DNA of 64,000 nt from the NCBI GenBank assembly GCA_043774745.1, contig JAYVTC010000131.1, positions 20,476 through 84,475 on the forward strand. The letters run 5' to 3'. Of this stretch, positions 1 through 9,924 are shown in pieces (the stretch's first letter is position 1; each line of letters starts with the position of its first letter). The notes under the pieces are model-generated. The model ran no database searches. It was not told the DNA's origin and saw only the letters and a program-made list of their open reading frames with translations. The position numbers were made by a program, and so were the translations under genes. Source of the stretch: Cyclobacteriaceae bacterium (GTDB lineage Bacteria > Bacteroidota > Bacteroidia > Cytophagales > Cyclobacteriaceae).

Positions 1-316
1 AAACGGAGTTTATAAATTGTCCTTCTTTCCCGTATTGTAAAAATGAAAGTTCACCTGCCATGTTGTGCATTACCCGGCCATGCATCGGGATTGCGACTTT
101 TTTTATTTCTTCGGCAAGATCTACTTCTTCCAATGCGCGAATACCTCTATTACTTAAAGCAAGATTGATGGAGCGTCCGCCCACATAATCACTTTTGCGC
201 ATGTCGCCCCTTCGTTCAAAGACACTGATTTTATAACCGCGTTTGGTGAGATAAATGGAAAGCAGTGAGCCCACTAACCCGGCCCCGCAGATGGCGATAT
301 GTTTGGAGGAGTTCAT
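1..316 (-). CDS. kmo: kynurenine 3-monooxygenase, N-terminal part (gene runs off the left edge)
   Basis: My own reverse-strand translation from the ATG at 316 gives MNSSKHIAICGAGLVGSLLSIYLTKRGYKISVFERRGDMRKSDYVG. This is a GxGxxG FAD-binding N-terminus typical of KMO. The gene starts 2 nt after the kynureninase stop on the same strand. Confidence 0.75.
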   Translation of the reverse strand, partial: MNSSKHIAICGAGLVGSLLSIYLTKRGYKISVFERRGDMRKSDYVGGRSINLALSNRGIRALEEVDLAEEIKKVAIPMHGRVMHNMAGELSFLQYGKEGQFINSV

Positions 317-318
317 AA

Positions 319-1590
319 TTATTTTCTTAACGCACGCTTGAAGATTTCTACAAACTGAAATACATCTTCAAAGGTGTTATACAATGGCACAGGAGCCACA
401 CGAATCACATTGGGTTCGCGCCAGTCACCAATTACGCCCCCTTTAGTGAGTGATGTAAAGACTTTTTTCCCATTCTTATTCATCAAGATGGATAGCTGAC
501 ATCCTCGTTCGGCAGGGTTTGAATTGGTAATGATGACGAAGTGTTCTGAATTATTATCAATCGACTTTAGAAGATATTCGAGAAGGCCAGTAAGGAGAAG
601 ACTTTTCTCCCTCAGCTTTTTCATGCTGGCTTCTTCAAAGATTTGCAATGAAGCCAGGTGTGCCGCACCAGTAAGTACTGGAAAATTTGACACCTGCCAG
701 CCGTCTGCACCAGGCATGGGAATAAATCCTTTCTTCATCTGAAAGCGATCCTTTTCATGATGTCCCCACCAGCCAGCCAATCGCACCAGATTAGGATTGT
801 TCGCATGCTTTTCGTGAACGAAAGCACCTGCAATTCCTCCGGGCCCGGAGTTAAGATATTTATAGCTGCACCAAACTGCAAAGTCCACACCATGCTTGTG
901 TAATGATAAGGGCACATTGCCTATGGCGTGTGCCAGATCAAACCCAACATTCGCACCAACACGGTGACCAGCTTCGGTGATTGCTTTGATGTTAAAAAAC
1001 TGACCTGAATAATATTGCACCGCACCAACTATTACCAAAGCTAATTGATCACCATGCTCGTCAATGGCTTTTAGAATATCTTCCTCGCGCAGTGTGTGTT
1101 CACCCATGCGTGGCTTTAATTCAATTAAACCGTCTTCTGGATTGATGTTGTGAATGTTGAGTTGTGACTCAACAGCGTATTGATCTGAAGGGAATGCACC
1201 TGACTCCGTAAGTATTTTATAACGTGATTTAGTAGGCCGGTAGAAACTCGTCATCATCAGATGAAGATTCACTGTAAGTTGGTTCATGGCAACCACTTCT
1301 ATCGGTTTTGCTCCAACTAAACCAGCGAGTGCCTTCTTGCTGTATTTATGATAATACAACCACGGATGCTTTGCATGGAAGTGACCTTCCACACCCAATG
1401 CAGCCCAATCCGAAAGTTCCTGGTTAAGAAAGGATTTGGTTGCTTTTGGTTGTAATCCTAATGAGTTGCCAGTAAAGTAAAGTGCACTTTTGCCTGCAAC
1501 TTTTGGTATATAGAACTTTTGACGAAATGATTTTAGTGGATCGGTTTTGTCGAGCTTCTTTGCAAAGCTCAGTGAGTTTTCGAAATTCAT
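319..1590 (-). CDS. kynU: kynureninase
   Basis: 423-aa ORF. It shows an aminotransferase class V fold with YFTGNSLGLQPK near the N-terminus and the PLP-lysine context CSYKYLNSGPGG. It is flanked by the two other kynurenine-pathway genes. Confidence 0.9.
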   Translation of the reverse strand: MNFENSLSFAKKLDKTDPLKSFRQKFYIPKVAGKSALYFTGNSLGLQPKATKSFLNQELSDWAALGVEGHFHAKHPWLYYHKYSKKALAGLVGAKPIEVVAMNQLTVNLHLMMTSFYRPTKSRYKILTESGAFPSDQYAVESQLNIHNINPEDGLIELKPRMGEHTLREEDILKAIDEHGDQLALVIVGAVQYYSGQFFNIKAITEAGHRVGANVGFDLAHAIGNVPLSLHKHGVDFAVWCSYKYLNSGPGGIAGAFVHEKHANNPNLVRLAGWWGHHEKDRFQMKKGFIPMPGADGWQVSNFPVLTGAAHLASLQIFEEASMKKLREKSLLLTGLLEYLLKSIDNNSEHFVIITNSNPAERGCQLSILMNKNGKKVFTSLTKGGVIGDWREPNVIRVAPVPLYNTFEDVFQFVEIFKRALRK

Positions 1591-1636
1591 GTTGCAAGAT
1601 AATCAGTACGAGACGAGGTTATCACGTAAAGTAAGT

Positions 1637-2167
1637 TTATACAAAACGAGGATCTGTTTCCATGATAGTGCCGCACTCTTTACAGGTTCGCAATTCTGTT
1701 GATCCATAGAATTCACGAAAACGGGGAAGAAAATCTTTTTCGATGTTATCAAGATGAAAACGGTATTCATGCAACTTGTTATTACAATTATCACAATACC
1801 ATTGTAAGCCATCCAATATAGTTTGCTCGGGACGTTTGCATTCAATCACCAATCCCACTGATCCTGCAGGACGTTCTGGCCGATGAGGCACATTGGCAGG
1901 CAGCAAAAACATTTCACCTTCTTTGATGGCGATATCTACTGGTTTCCCATCTTCCTGAATGCGCACATTGATGTCTCCTTCCAGTTGATAGAAAAGTTCC
2001 TCTGTTTCATTGAAATGAAAATCTTTGCGTGCGTTAGGTCCACCCACAATCATCACGATGTAGTCACCGGCATCGGCATATAAATTTTTATTCCCCACAG
2101 GAGGCTTGAGTAAATCTCTGTTTTCGGTAATCCAGTTTTTTAAATTGAACGGTCTGCGAATGGCCAT
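1637..2167 (-). CDS. nbaC: 3-hydroxyanthranilate 3,4-dioxygenase
   Basis: 176-aa cupin protein with FNLKNWI...LLKPPVGNK at the N-terminus and a C-terminal CxxC...CxxC site (WYCDNCNN...CKECG), as in bacterial HAO. Confidence 0.9.
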   Translation of the reverse strand: MAIRRPFNLKNWITENRDLLKPPVGNKNLYADAGDYIVMIVGGPNARKDFHFNETEELFYQLEGDINVRIQEDGKPVDIAIKEGEMFLLPANVPHRPERPAGSVGLVIECKRPEQTILDGLQWYCDNCNNKLHEYRFHLDNIEKDFLPRFREFYGSTELRTCKECGTIMETDPRFV

Positions 2168-2195
2168 ATATAATGATTAAGAATAATATAACAGA

Positions 2196-2468
2196 TTAAT
2201 GAGAGTGATGTTTCCAACGAGCCAACTTGGGAATATTTCGGGTGAACACTCCAGTGAGTATTCCGGGTATTCCAAATTCTTTTAATTTTCCTTTCACTAA
2301 TAATTTCATTTCATCAACCGTGATGTTAGGTTTTATAAACTTTCCATCATGATAGCAATGACTGCAATACATGAGTGATCTGGTGCCATCGGCATGGGTG
2401 CCACCGCCTTGTACATCACGCTTTAAGGGCATGCCACAACTCTGACAATTTTTGTAAACCGCTTCCAT
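2196..2468 (-). CDS. small zinc-ribbon domain protein
   Basis: 90 aa with CQSCG...CSHCYH Cys pairs. It lies 28 nt upstream of nbaC on the same strand. Function unknown. Confidence 0.55.
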   Translation of the reverse strand: MEAVYKNCQSCGMPLKRDVQGGGTHADGTRSLMYCSHCYHDGKFIKPNITVDEMKLLVKGKLKEFGIPGILTGVFTRNIPKLARWKHHSH

Positions 2469-2565
2469 AACATGTTTTTGTTTGGTGAGTATTCCACCTG
2501 GTTTAAAAAGTTAATTATTAATACATGAAAGTTAACGTTCTTTTATATTTACTAAAAACAATTTC

Positions 2566-3351
2566 ATGAATCTCGATTTAAGTGGAAAAATGGCCATTGT
2601 GTGTGGTAGCACGCAAGGAATAGGAAAGGCTTCAGCTATTGAATTGGCCTTACTGGGCGCAAATATCACCTTAGTGGCCCGCAACGAAGAGTCTTTAAAG
2701 AGTACGCTCAAAGAATTGGCTGCAACAGGAAGTCAAAAGCATGACTATGTTGTTGCCGACTTTAGTTTGCCTGATCAATTGAAGGAAACAATTGGCCGGT
2801 TTTTACATAATAAGAAAGTGCACATCCTTATAAACAATACCGGTGGCCCGCCTGCTGGTCAGGCCATTGATGCATCACCAGAAGAATTTATTAGCGCTTT
2901 CTCAAGTCACCTTATCTGTAATCAAATCATGGTGCAAGCCGTGGTGCCCTCTATGAAGGAAGCTGGATACGGAAGAATCATCAATATCATCTCAACCTCT
3001 GTGAAGGTGCCATTGCGCGGCCTTGGTGTTTCAAATACTACGCGTGGAGCTGTAGCCAACTGGGCGAAAACATTGTCTTTTGAATTAGGGTCTTATGGCA
3101 TCACGGTAAACAATGTGTTGCCGGGCACCACCATGACCGGTCGATTGGATTCGATAATTAAGAACAAAGCAGAGAAAACCGGAAAGTCGTATGAAGAAGT
3201 GAAAAATGAAATGATTGCTGAGGTGCCAGCTGCAAGAATTTCAGAGCCACATGAAGTAGCTGCTGCCGTAGCATTTTTGGCCAGCCCTGCAGCCGGTTAT
3301 ATCAATGGCATCAATGTGCCGGTGGATGGGGGTAGAACGGGAAGTTTGTAG
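2566..3351 (+). CDS. SDR family oxidoreductase
   Basis: 261 aa with a Rossmann motif (VCGSTQGIGKA), NNTGG, and a C-terminal INVPVDGG typical of 3-oxoacyl-ACP-reductase-like short-chain dehydrogenases. Confidence 0.85.
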   Translation: MNLDLSGKMAIVCGSTQGIGKASAIELALLGANITLVARNEESLKSTLKELAATGSQKHDYVVADFSLPDQLKETIGRFLHNKKVHILINNTGGPPAGQAIDASPEEFISAFSSHLICNQIMVQAVVPSMKEAGYGRIINIISTSVKVPLRGLGVSNTTRGAVANWAKTLSFELGSYGITVNNVLPGTTMTGRLDSIIKNKAEKTGKSYEEVKNEMIAEVPAARISEPHEVAAAVAFLASPAAGYINGINVPVDGGRTGSL

Positions 3352-3439
3352 CAGCTGCGTGCTGGTACGGATTAGGTATACCAACTCTATGGTATTTTAC
3401 CTTCCAATTTTTTTAGTGTGCTTAACGAAAAATAAAGTT

Positions 3440-5515
3440 ATGAGAGATTTTATCACAGCGTGCGCCTGTATTCTTTTTTTTTCTGCTCAGGCACAATTGC
3501 CGATTTTAATAAAAGATGATTTCAGCAGTAACCCGAATGGGTGGTGGACGGGCAGCGGTGAAAATTATTCTATCAAAATAGAAAACGGGAAGTACATAAT
3601 CACCACCACACAAAAAGACCACGGTCGATCCATTACCATCACACCTTATTTCGATAAGAAAAAAGATTTTAGTCTCGAAGCTACTTTTGCGCAGCGATCG
3701 GGCAGTGATGACAATGGGCATGGTATCATATGGAGTAGTAATGTCGATGGCAAGTATCACGAGTTTATGATTACTTCAAACGGATACTACCAAATTAAAA
3801 GTCCTGAAGCACAGAGTAACATGAATAAGTGGGTAGCGAATAAAGACATAAAACCATTGGGTGAGACCAACGTGCTGAAGGTGGAGCAGCGTAAATCAAA
3901 GTGCTATTATTACATCAATGATAAGCAGGTAGAGGTTACTGAAGCTTTGCCAATTAACAGTTCAAATATTGGTTTTATTAATTATACCGATATGGTATTA
4001 GAGATCGATAATTTCACGTTTAGACATGATGTGAAAATCAACTTACCACCCACCTTAACAAAAGGTTTAATTAAAGAAAACATGGGCCCGCAGGTAAACT
4101 CTGCCTATGATGACTTGTCCCCAATCATTTCTGCCGATGGACGTACCATGATCTTTGGTATAGAATACTCACCTGAAAACACGGGTGGGAAGGAAGATGG
4201 GGAAGATGTATGGATCACTACCAGTGCAGATGGAAAAACGTGGACAAAAAAAGCGAATATGGGTAGCCCTGTCAATGATGCCTCGGTTAATAACCTGGCC
4301 GCAATCAGTGCCGATAATAACATGTTACTTTTTTGTAAGTCAGAAGGGTTTCAGTTGAGAAGGCGTACGCAGGATAGCTGGTCGGAACCAGAAAATCTCA
4401 ATGTGAAATTTAAAAATGAATCCACGCACATGGAAGGCAACCTTTCATCGGATGGCAAAGCGATTTTATTCACTTCCAAGTTGAAGCAAGACTTGTTTTA
4501 TAAGGAAGGTGGTGATGATCGGGACATTTATGTAACCATCCAGAACAATGATGGCAGCTGGTCAGATGTTATTAATCTGGGTAAACAAATTAATACCGAT
4601 GGTGATGAAATTTCTCCTTTTTTGGCTGCTGATAGTCGCACAATTTACTTTGGCACTAATGCCAGACCTGGCTATGGTAGTTATGATATTTTTATGAGTA
4701 AGCGAATTGGCAGTGGCTGGACCAATTGGACGGAGCCCATCAATCTCGGCCCTGAAATAAATGGCACTGGCTTCGATGCCTACTATACTATACCCGCTTC
4801 CGCTGATTATGCGTATATGGTTAGTAATATCAACTCATATGGTAAGGCAGATATCGTAAGATTAAAACTACCTGATATGATAAAGCCTGAGCCTGTTGTG
4901 ATGCTGCTAGGACGAACGTTAAATGCAAAAACTAAAAATCCGGTAAGCGCTGATATTTTGTTTGAAGATCTGGTAACGGATAAAGAAGTTGGTGAAGCAA
5001 TCTCAGATCCTAAAACGGGTTCCTATCGCATTACGCTTCCTAATGGAAAGAACTATGGAATTCGTGCGGTGGCAAAAGGATTTCTATCCGTGAATGAAAA
5101 CCTGGAGCTCATGTCAATTACTAAATATACCGAGATTGAAAAAGATTTGTTTTTGGTGCCGATCGAAGTTGGTGAAACGATGCAGCTGAACAACGTCTTT
5201 TTTGAACAAGGAAAACCGATATTGAAATCCCAATCATTTCCAGAGCTGGATCGGTTGGTTCAGATCATGCAGGAAAATGCTTCTATTAAAATTGAGTTGG
5301 GCGGTCACACCGATAATGTTGGGAATAAAGATGCACTCATGAAATTATCACAAGACCGGGTGCTTGCCGTGAAAGCATATCTTGAAAAGAAAGGAATAAA
5401 TAAAGATCGTGTAGCAGGAAAGGGATATGGATCTACACAACCCATTGCACCGAACACCAATGAAGCGGACCGGCAACGAAACAGAAGAGTAGAGTTTAAG
5501 ATTACAAAGAAGTAA
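3440..5515 (+). CDS. OmpA-family outer-membrane/peptidoglycan-associated protein with TolB-like repeats
   Basis: The C-terminal OmpA domain reads NNVFFEQGKP...ELGGHTDNVG...RVEF. The central region has repeated DDLSPIISADGRT / EGNLSSDGKA / EISPFLAADSRT TolB-like propeller blades. I moved the start to the ATG at 3440 (MRDFITACACILFFSAQA signal peptide). The 3305 start of the track overlaps the SDR gene. Confidence 0.8.
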   Translation: MRDFITACACILFFSAQAQLPILIKDDFSSNPNGWWTGSGENYSIKIENGKYIITTTQKDHGRSITITPYFDKKKDFSLEATFAQRSGSDDNGHGIIWSSNVDGKYHEFMITSNGYYQIKSPEAQSNMNKWVANKDIKPLGETNVLKVEQRKSKCYYYINDKQVEVTEALPINSSNIGFINYTDMVLEIDNFTFRHDVKINLPPTLTKGLIKENMGPQVNSAYDDLSPIISADGRTMIFGIEYSPENTGGKEDGEDVWITTSADGKTWTKKANMGSPVNDASVNNLAAISADNNMLLFCKSEGFQLRRRTQDSWSEPENLNVKFKNESTHMEGNLSSDGKAILFTSKLKQDLFYKEGGDDRDIYVTIQNNDGSWSDVINLGKQINTDGDEISPFLAADSRTIYFGTNARPGYGSYDIFMSKRIGSGWTNWTEPINLGPEINGTGFDAYYTIPASADYAYMVSNINSYGKADIVRLKLPDMIKPEPVVMLLGRTLNAKTKNPVSADILFEDLVTDKEVGEAISDPKTGSYRITLPNGKNYGIRAVAKGFLSVNENLELMSITKYTEIEKDLFLVPIEVGETMQLNNVFFEQGKPILKSQSFPELDRLVQIMQENASIKIELGGHTDNVGNKDALMKLSQDRVLAVKAYLEKKGINKDRVAGKGYGSTQPIAPNTNEADRQRNRRVEFKITKK

Positions 5516-5561
5516 TCGATAACAATTCATTTTGGTAACTTAGCCCAGAATTTATTTTGGT

Positions 5562-7004
5562 ATGGAGAAACTATATAATTTCATTGATGGCAAACTGGTT
5601 GAACCTGTAAAAGGTAATTACCTCCCCAATATCAATCCTTCTGTGGGAGCTGCCTACAATTTAGTTCCTGATTCAGATGCTCAGGATGTGGCGGAAGCTG
5701 TGAAGGCAGCGAAAACAGCTTTTACATCCTGGTCTTTAATGTCATTGAATGAACGCTCAACGATATTAAATAAAATAGCCGATCTCATCGATCGTGATTT
5801 GGATCAACTCGCGTTTGCAGAAAGTGTTGATCAAGGGAAGCCGTTGAAGCTGGCAAAGTCAATGGATATTCCGCGTGCCTCTGCCAACATGCGATTTTAT
5901 GCAACGGCCTCCATGCATTTTGCATCTGAGTCTCACCTGATGGAAGGTGAAGCCATCAACTATACAACACGCACACCGATTGGCGTTGCGGGTTGTATAT
6001 CACCATGGAATCTTCCTCTCTATTTATTTACCTGGAAAATTGCTCCGGCCCTGGCAGCAGGATGTACGGTTGTAGCCAAGCCATCAGAGCTTACACCCAT
6101 GACAGCTTTTTTGTTTTCAAAACTTTGTATTGAAGCAGGAATGCCACACGGTGTATTGAATATTGTTCATGGTCTTGGGCATAAAGTAGGTCAAGCGATT
6201 GTAGAACATGCTGATGTATCAGTTATTTCATTTACCGGTGGCACGGTGACCGGTAAAACAATTGCAGCTACAGCAGCACCCATGTTCAAAAAACTTTCAT
6301 TGGAACTTGGTGGTAAAAACCCAAACATTGTTTTTGCTGATTGCGAGTTTGAACAAGCAGTAAGCACATCCATCAATTCTTCATTTTCAAACCAAGGTGA
6401 AATATGTTTATGTGGCTCACGTATTTTGGTGGAACGAAGTATCTATGAAAAGTTTGTCGATGAGTTTGTCAAGCGAACAAAAGAACTGGTAGTGGGTGAT
6501 CCATTGGAAGAGAAGACTCGCGTTGGAGCATTGGTATCAGAAGCGCACATGAATAAGGTGTTGTCTTACATTGATCTGGCAAAAACAGAAAGAGGAAAAA
6601 TTCTTTGTGGCGGAAAGCGAATCACCCTTTCGGGGCGATGTGAGCACGGATATTTTGTTGAGCCAACGGTTATTGTTGGCCTCGATCAATATTGCCGCAC
6701 TAACCAGGAAGAAATCTTTGGTCCGGTAGTTACGATTATGCCTTTCGATAAAGAAGAAGATGCAATTGCTTACGCGAACTCCAATGCATATGGACTTAGT
6801 GCTACCATCTGGACAGAAAACTTAAAACGAGCACATCGTGTTGCTCATCAGGTTAAAAGCGGAATCATCTGGGTAAACTGCTGGCTGCTGCGCGATTTGC
6901 GAACACCCTTTGGCGGCATGAAACAATCTGGTGTAGGCCGAGAAGGAGGATGGGAAGCTATCCGATTCTTTACCGAGACTAAGAATGTTTGTATAAAGCT
7001 GTAG
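5562..7004 (+). CDS. aldehyde dehydrogenase, 2-aminomuconate/2-hydroxymuconate semialdehyde dehydrogenase-like
   Basis: 480 aa with ALDH catalytic motifs ELGGKNP and QGEICLCGSR. The MDIPRASANMRFYA segment resembles the hallmark segment of the AMSDH/HMSDH (ALDH8-like) subfamily as I recall it. It lies near the kynurenine operon. Confidence 0.7.
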   Translation: MEKLYNFIDGKLVEPVKGNYLPNINPSVGAAYNLVPDSDAQDVAEAVKAAKTAFTSWSLMSLNERSTILNKIADLIDRDLDQLAFAESVDQGKPLKLAKSMDIPRASANMRFYATASMHFASESHLMEGEAINYTTRTPIGVAGCISPWNLPLYLFTWKIAPALAAGCTVVAKPSELTPMTAFLFSKLCIEAGMPHGVLNIVHGLGHKVGQAIVEHADVSVISFTGGTVTGKTIAATAAPMFKKLSLELGGKNPNIVFADCEFEQAVSTSINSSFSNQGEICLCGSRILVERSIYEKFVDEFVKRTKELVVGDPLEEKTRVGALVSEAHMNKVLSYIDLAKTERGKILCGGKRITLSGRCEHGYFVEPTVIVGLDQYCRTNQEEIFGPVVTIMPFDKEEDAIAYANSNAYGLSATIWTENLKRAHRVAHQVKSGIIWVNCWLLRDLRTPFGGMKQSGVGREGGWEAIRFFTETKNVCIKL

Positions 7005-7020
7005 TCTTGATTGAGAAACA

Positions 7021-8040
7021 TTATCTAATCGTTATTTCGGCAACGCACCTAAACCCAAGCCAGTTAGTGGCTGTATAATAATAATAACGTGTACTCACTT
7101 TGCAATTGTCCAGTGAATGCGCCCAGCTACCGCCCTTTGCGATGCCTTCCGTCAAGGTCATTTCAGCTGCATTACCAATCATATTTGAAATGCCATATTC
7201 ATTGGCTCTTGCCTTACTGTATTGCATTGCAGTTCGGTCAACCTTGTTTTCATTGATTAGGGATAGATGTTTATTAGTCCGTGGAGGTCGATTGGAGAGA
7301 TCATAAACAGACTCTGGTTGCAGCATTCCATAGTTAAAAAATTTAAGGAAATTTTTAGTGCAATTGAAAAAAGGTTCATCACCATATTTAAGATATTTAA
7401 GAAAAACTTGATTGAATAGGTGGTGGCTAATTTGAGTCGTGTCTTTAATCAATTTCCAATAAAAGTTCGGGTTTGGAATGAGTGAAGGCTTTACCGTATA
7501 TTTTTTATATCCAAATGAATAAATGCCAGTATCAAGGCCCGCTGAAGCAGCGTAAATCCATTCTTCCTCGGTGGGAAGCCGGAAGGTAACTTGGAAAGTC
7601 TTATTGTAATTATCAGCCTTTTTACGAATAGCCTCAGATCGCCAGTGACAAAAATTTGTTGCTTGAAAATAGGTGATTCCGACTACAGGATAGTATAGAA
7701 AATAATCGTCAGATATGAAATACTTACCTCCACTCGGTGAATAGAATGTTTTATTTTTTTCATCCTGTTTCAGATAAGCATTTAACATTGCCTTAAATGG
7801 ATTATGTCCTGACCAAACCGTACTGTCGGGCACCATGCTTTGATAATAGGTTAGACTTGAATCTCGTTTAATGGAGTGTAAGAACTCTAGCCAATGCATA
7901 TTTGCTATTTCGGTTTTATCAATAAAAACACTATCGTATAGCCAAATGCAGTTGGGCGGTGTAGGTACAGCAGTTTTACTTCTTTGGGCGAAAGAAGTGG
8001 TAGTAAGAACAATCAGTAAAATGACAAGTTTATAATTCAT
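7021..8040 (-). CDS. formylglycine-generating-enzyme (SUMF1/FGE) fold protein, secreted
   Basis: Signal peptide MNYKLVILLIVLTTTSFAQ. FGE-type landmarks are IDKTEIANMHWLEFL, RLPTEEEW, GNAAEM...GGSW and WLGFRCV. Confidence 0.6.
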   Translation of the reverse strand: MNYKLVILLIVLTTTSFAQRSKTAVPTPPNCIWLYDSVFIDKTEIANMHWLEFLHSIKRDSSLTYYQSMVPDSTVWSGHNPFKAMLNAYLKQDEKNKTFYSPSGGKYFISDDYFLYYPVVGITYFQATNFCHWRSEAIRKKADNYNKTFQVTFRLPTEEEWIYAASAGLDTGIYSFGYKKYTVKPSLIPNPNFYWKLIKDTTQISHHLFNQVFLKYLKYGDEPFFNCTKNFLKFFNYGMLQPESVYDLSNRPPRTNKHLSLINENKVDRTAMQYSKARANEYGISNMIGNAAEMTLTEGIAKGGSWAHSLDNCKVSTRYYYYTATNWLGFRCVAEITIR

Positions 8041-8170
8041 GATTCCGGGCGCATGAGATCAATACCTTCAATTTATTTTCATAACTAATTTATTACTTAA
8101 TTATAAATTTTCATGTGCAACTAGTTAGTTATCATTCAGTAATCATTGCCAATCATTTTTACCAGCAGGG

Positions 8171-9175
8171 TTATGACTTAAAAAAAATCTCTATCGCAGC
8201 TAAGATAATAGGAATAATCAGAGCGGTTAGTAATTGCCAAATCGAGGTCAGATCAAAAGGCCACTCATTCATTCCTTTCAAATGATTCTGCACTTCAAAC
8301 AACTCCTTTAATCGTTGCATATTTTCGGCAGATGGATCTTTTAACGTTCTATCCATGGTTTCTTCCAGATGTTTTGTAAAGCCAGCCATCCGGTTAGTTT
8401 TTTCATTCACCATTACACGGTGAATACCCACCTGAGGCAATAAAAAGAATGCAAATATCAGGAACGCAGCAACACCTAACCATATCAGGACGATTATATT
8501 TTTTTCGAAAGGAGCGACAATGGCGGTGAGGACAATCAGAACAAAGCTCACAGAAATCGCCATTGACATTTTAAGGTAGGATGAACCAAGCGCTTGCAAT
8601 CCATTGCCGGCAAACTGATTGATGCTCACTTTTAGTTTCTTTCTCGTTAGCTCAATGGGTAGATAAGTAACCTGAATTTGCGCCCATAAGGCTACTCCTA
8701 AAAAGAAAAAACCTAAAGCGAGATAACCGATGCGATAATAGAAAATGTAATTTATATCAGGAGTTAATTGATCAATTAATGGAAAGAGCGAAATAATAAC
8801 TATTGCGCTGATAAATAATCCCGAGATTACGGGCCACACGCCTTCATAACAATATTTTAATTTGGAAGTATACCAGGAGGTTAAACTTTGTTTGTCTTCC
8901 TCAATGAATTTAAGAAGGTGAGGAAACAGTTGAATAAGAATTTTTGAACAGTAAATCATGATTATACAGAGCGAAGCAAAAAATATATTGATGCAGGCAA
9001 ATACTGCTGTGTAAGCCGAATCATCAGATATGCGCCAGGTAAAAAGATAATCCAGTAAAAATAGTACTTGCCAAAAAATCAGCCATGCCAGCCAGAAGGG
9101 AAGAGGAATAGGCCGAATAATTCGTTCTGGCAAAGATGCTGCTCGTATACGTTCAGAATAGTCCTGTTCCATCAT
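8171..9175 (-). CDS. multi-pass membrane protein, unknown function
   Basis: 334 aa with about 7 hydrophobic segments and a polar helical insert (KHLEETMDRTLKDPSAENMQRLKELFEVQNHLKGMNEW) before the last TM segment. I recognise no family. Confidence 0.45.
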   Translation of the reverse strand: MMEQDYSERIRAASLPERIIRPIPLPFWLAWLIFWQVLFLLDYLFTWRISDDSAYTAVFACINIFFASLCIIMIYCSKILIQLFPHLLKFIEEDKQSLTSWYTSKLKYCYEGVWPVISGLFISAIVIISLFPLIDQLTPDINYIFYYRIGYLALGFFFLGVALWAQIQVTYLPIELTRKKLKVSINQFAGNGLQALGSSYLKMSMAISVSFVLIVLTAIVAPFEKNIIVLIWLGVAAFLIFAFFLLPQVGIHRVMVNEKTNRMAGFTKHLEETMDRTLKDPSAENMQRLKELFEVQNHLKGMNEWPFDLTSIWQLLTALIIPIILAAIEIFFKS

Positions 9176-9264
9176 GCTGTTAATTTAGTAATTCCTAAAT
9201 GTTGAAATTATAGGAAAGAAAAGTCAAGAACTAAATAAATGTTATTTTGCGCCAACCTATTGTT

Positions 9265-9924
9265 ATGGAATTTTTAGAAATCGACCACATATTCTTTACC
9301 GTTCTGGGTTATCCGATGAGCTACTTAGAGTTTTTTGGTTTGGTAAGTGGCGTTGTGGCGGTAGTACTTTCAGCTTTTGCGAACATCTGGAGCTGGCCTT
9401 TGGGAATCATTAACGTGACACTTTCCTTTTTTCTTTTCTACCAGGTGCAACTCTATCCGGATATGTTTTTGCAGGTTTTCTTTTTTGTTACTAATGTGAT
9501 GGGCTGGTGGCGATGGACTAACCCCAGGCCAGGTGAAGAGGACAAGCATCGATATTTGAAAGTAAGTTTTTTGCCTTTCTATAAGTTGATCATTTATGCA
9601 TCAATCAGCATGGTGGGTACGGTGGTGATGGCATTGTTGGCACAACATCTTCACGAATGGCTGCCAACTATTTTTACAAAGCCAAGTGCATCACCCTATA
9701 CGGATTCTTTCATTACCATTATGAGTGTGATGGCTACGTTTCTGATGATTCAAAAGCGAGCAGAGTGTTGGATTATTTGGGTGTTGGTGGATGTGGTGGC
9801 TACCTATTTGTATTTCGTCCGCGACATAAAATTTTACAGCCTCATGTACTTTACGTTTTGTATTATTGCGTCATTGGGGTTCATTAACTGGTGGCGTGAG
9901 TATAAATCATACTCTAAATCATGA
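9265..9924 (+). CDS. pnuC: nicotinamide riboside transporter PnuC family
   Basis: Seven-TM protein with the PnuC WWRW motif (NVMGWWRWTNP) and a C-terminal INWW. Its stop overlaps the nadR start (ATGA). Start set at the ATG at 9265; the track start at 9247 is a TTG. Confidence 0.8.
   Translation: MEFLEIDHIFFTVLGYPMSYLEFFGLVSGVVAVVLSAFANIWSWPLGIINVTLSFFLFYQVQLYPDMFLQVFFFVTNVMGWWRWTNPRPGEEDKHRYLKVSFLPFYKLIIYASISMVGTVVMALLAQHLHEWLPTIFTKPSASPYTDSFITIMSVMATFLMIQKRAECWIIWVLVDVVATYLYFVRDIKFYSLMYFTFCIIASLGFINWWREYKSYSKS

Noticed and set aside
3305-3439. N-terminal extension of the OmpA-family ORF (track start at 3305)
   Set aside because: It overlaps the SDR gene end and encodes a Cys/Arg-rich non-signal sequence. 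The ATG at 3440 gives a normal signal peptide.
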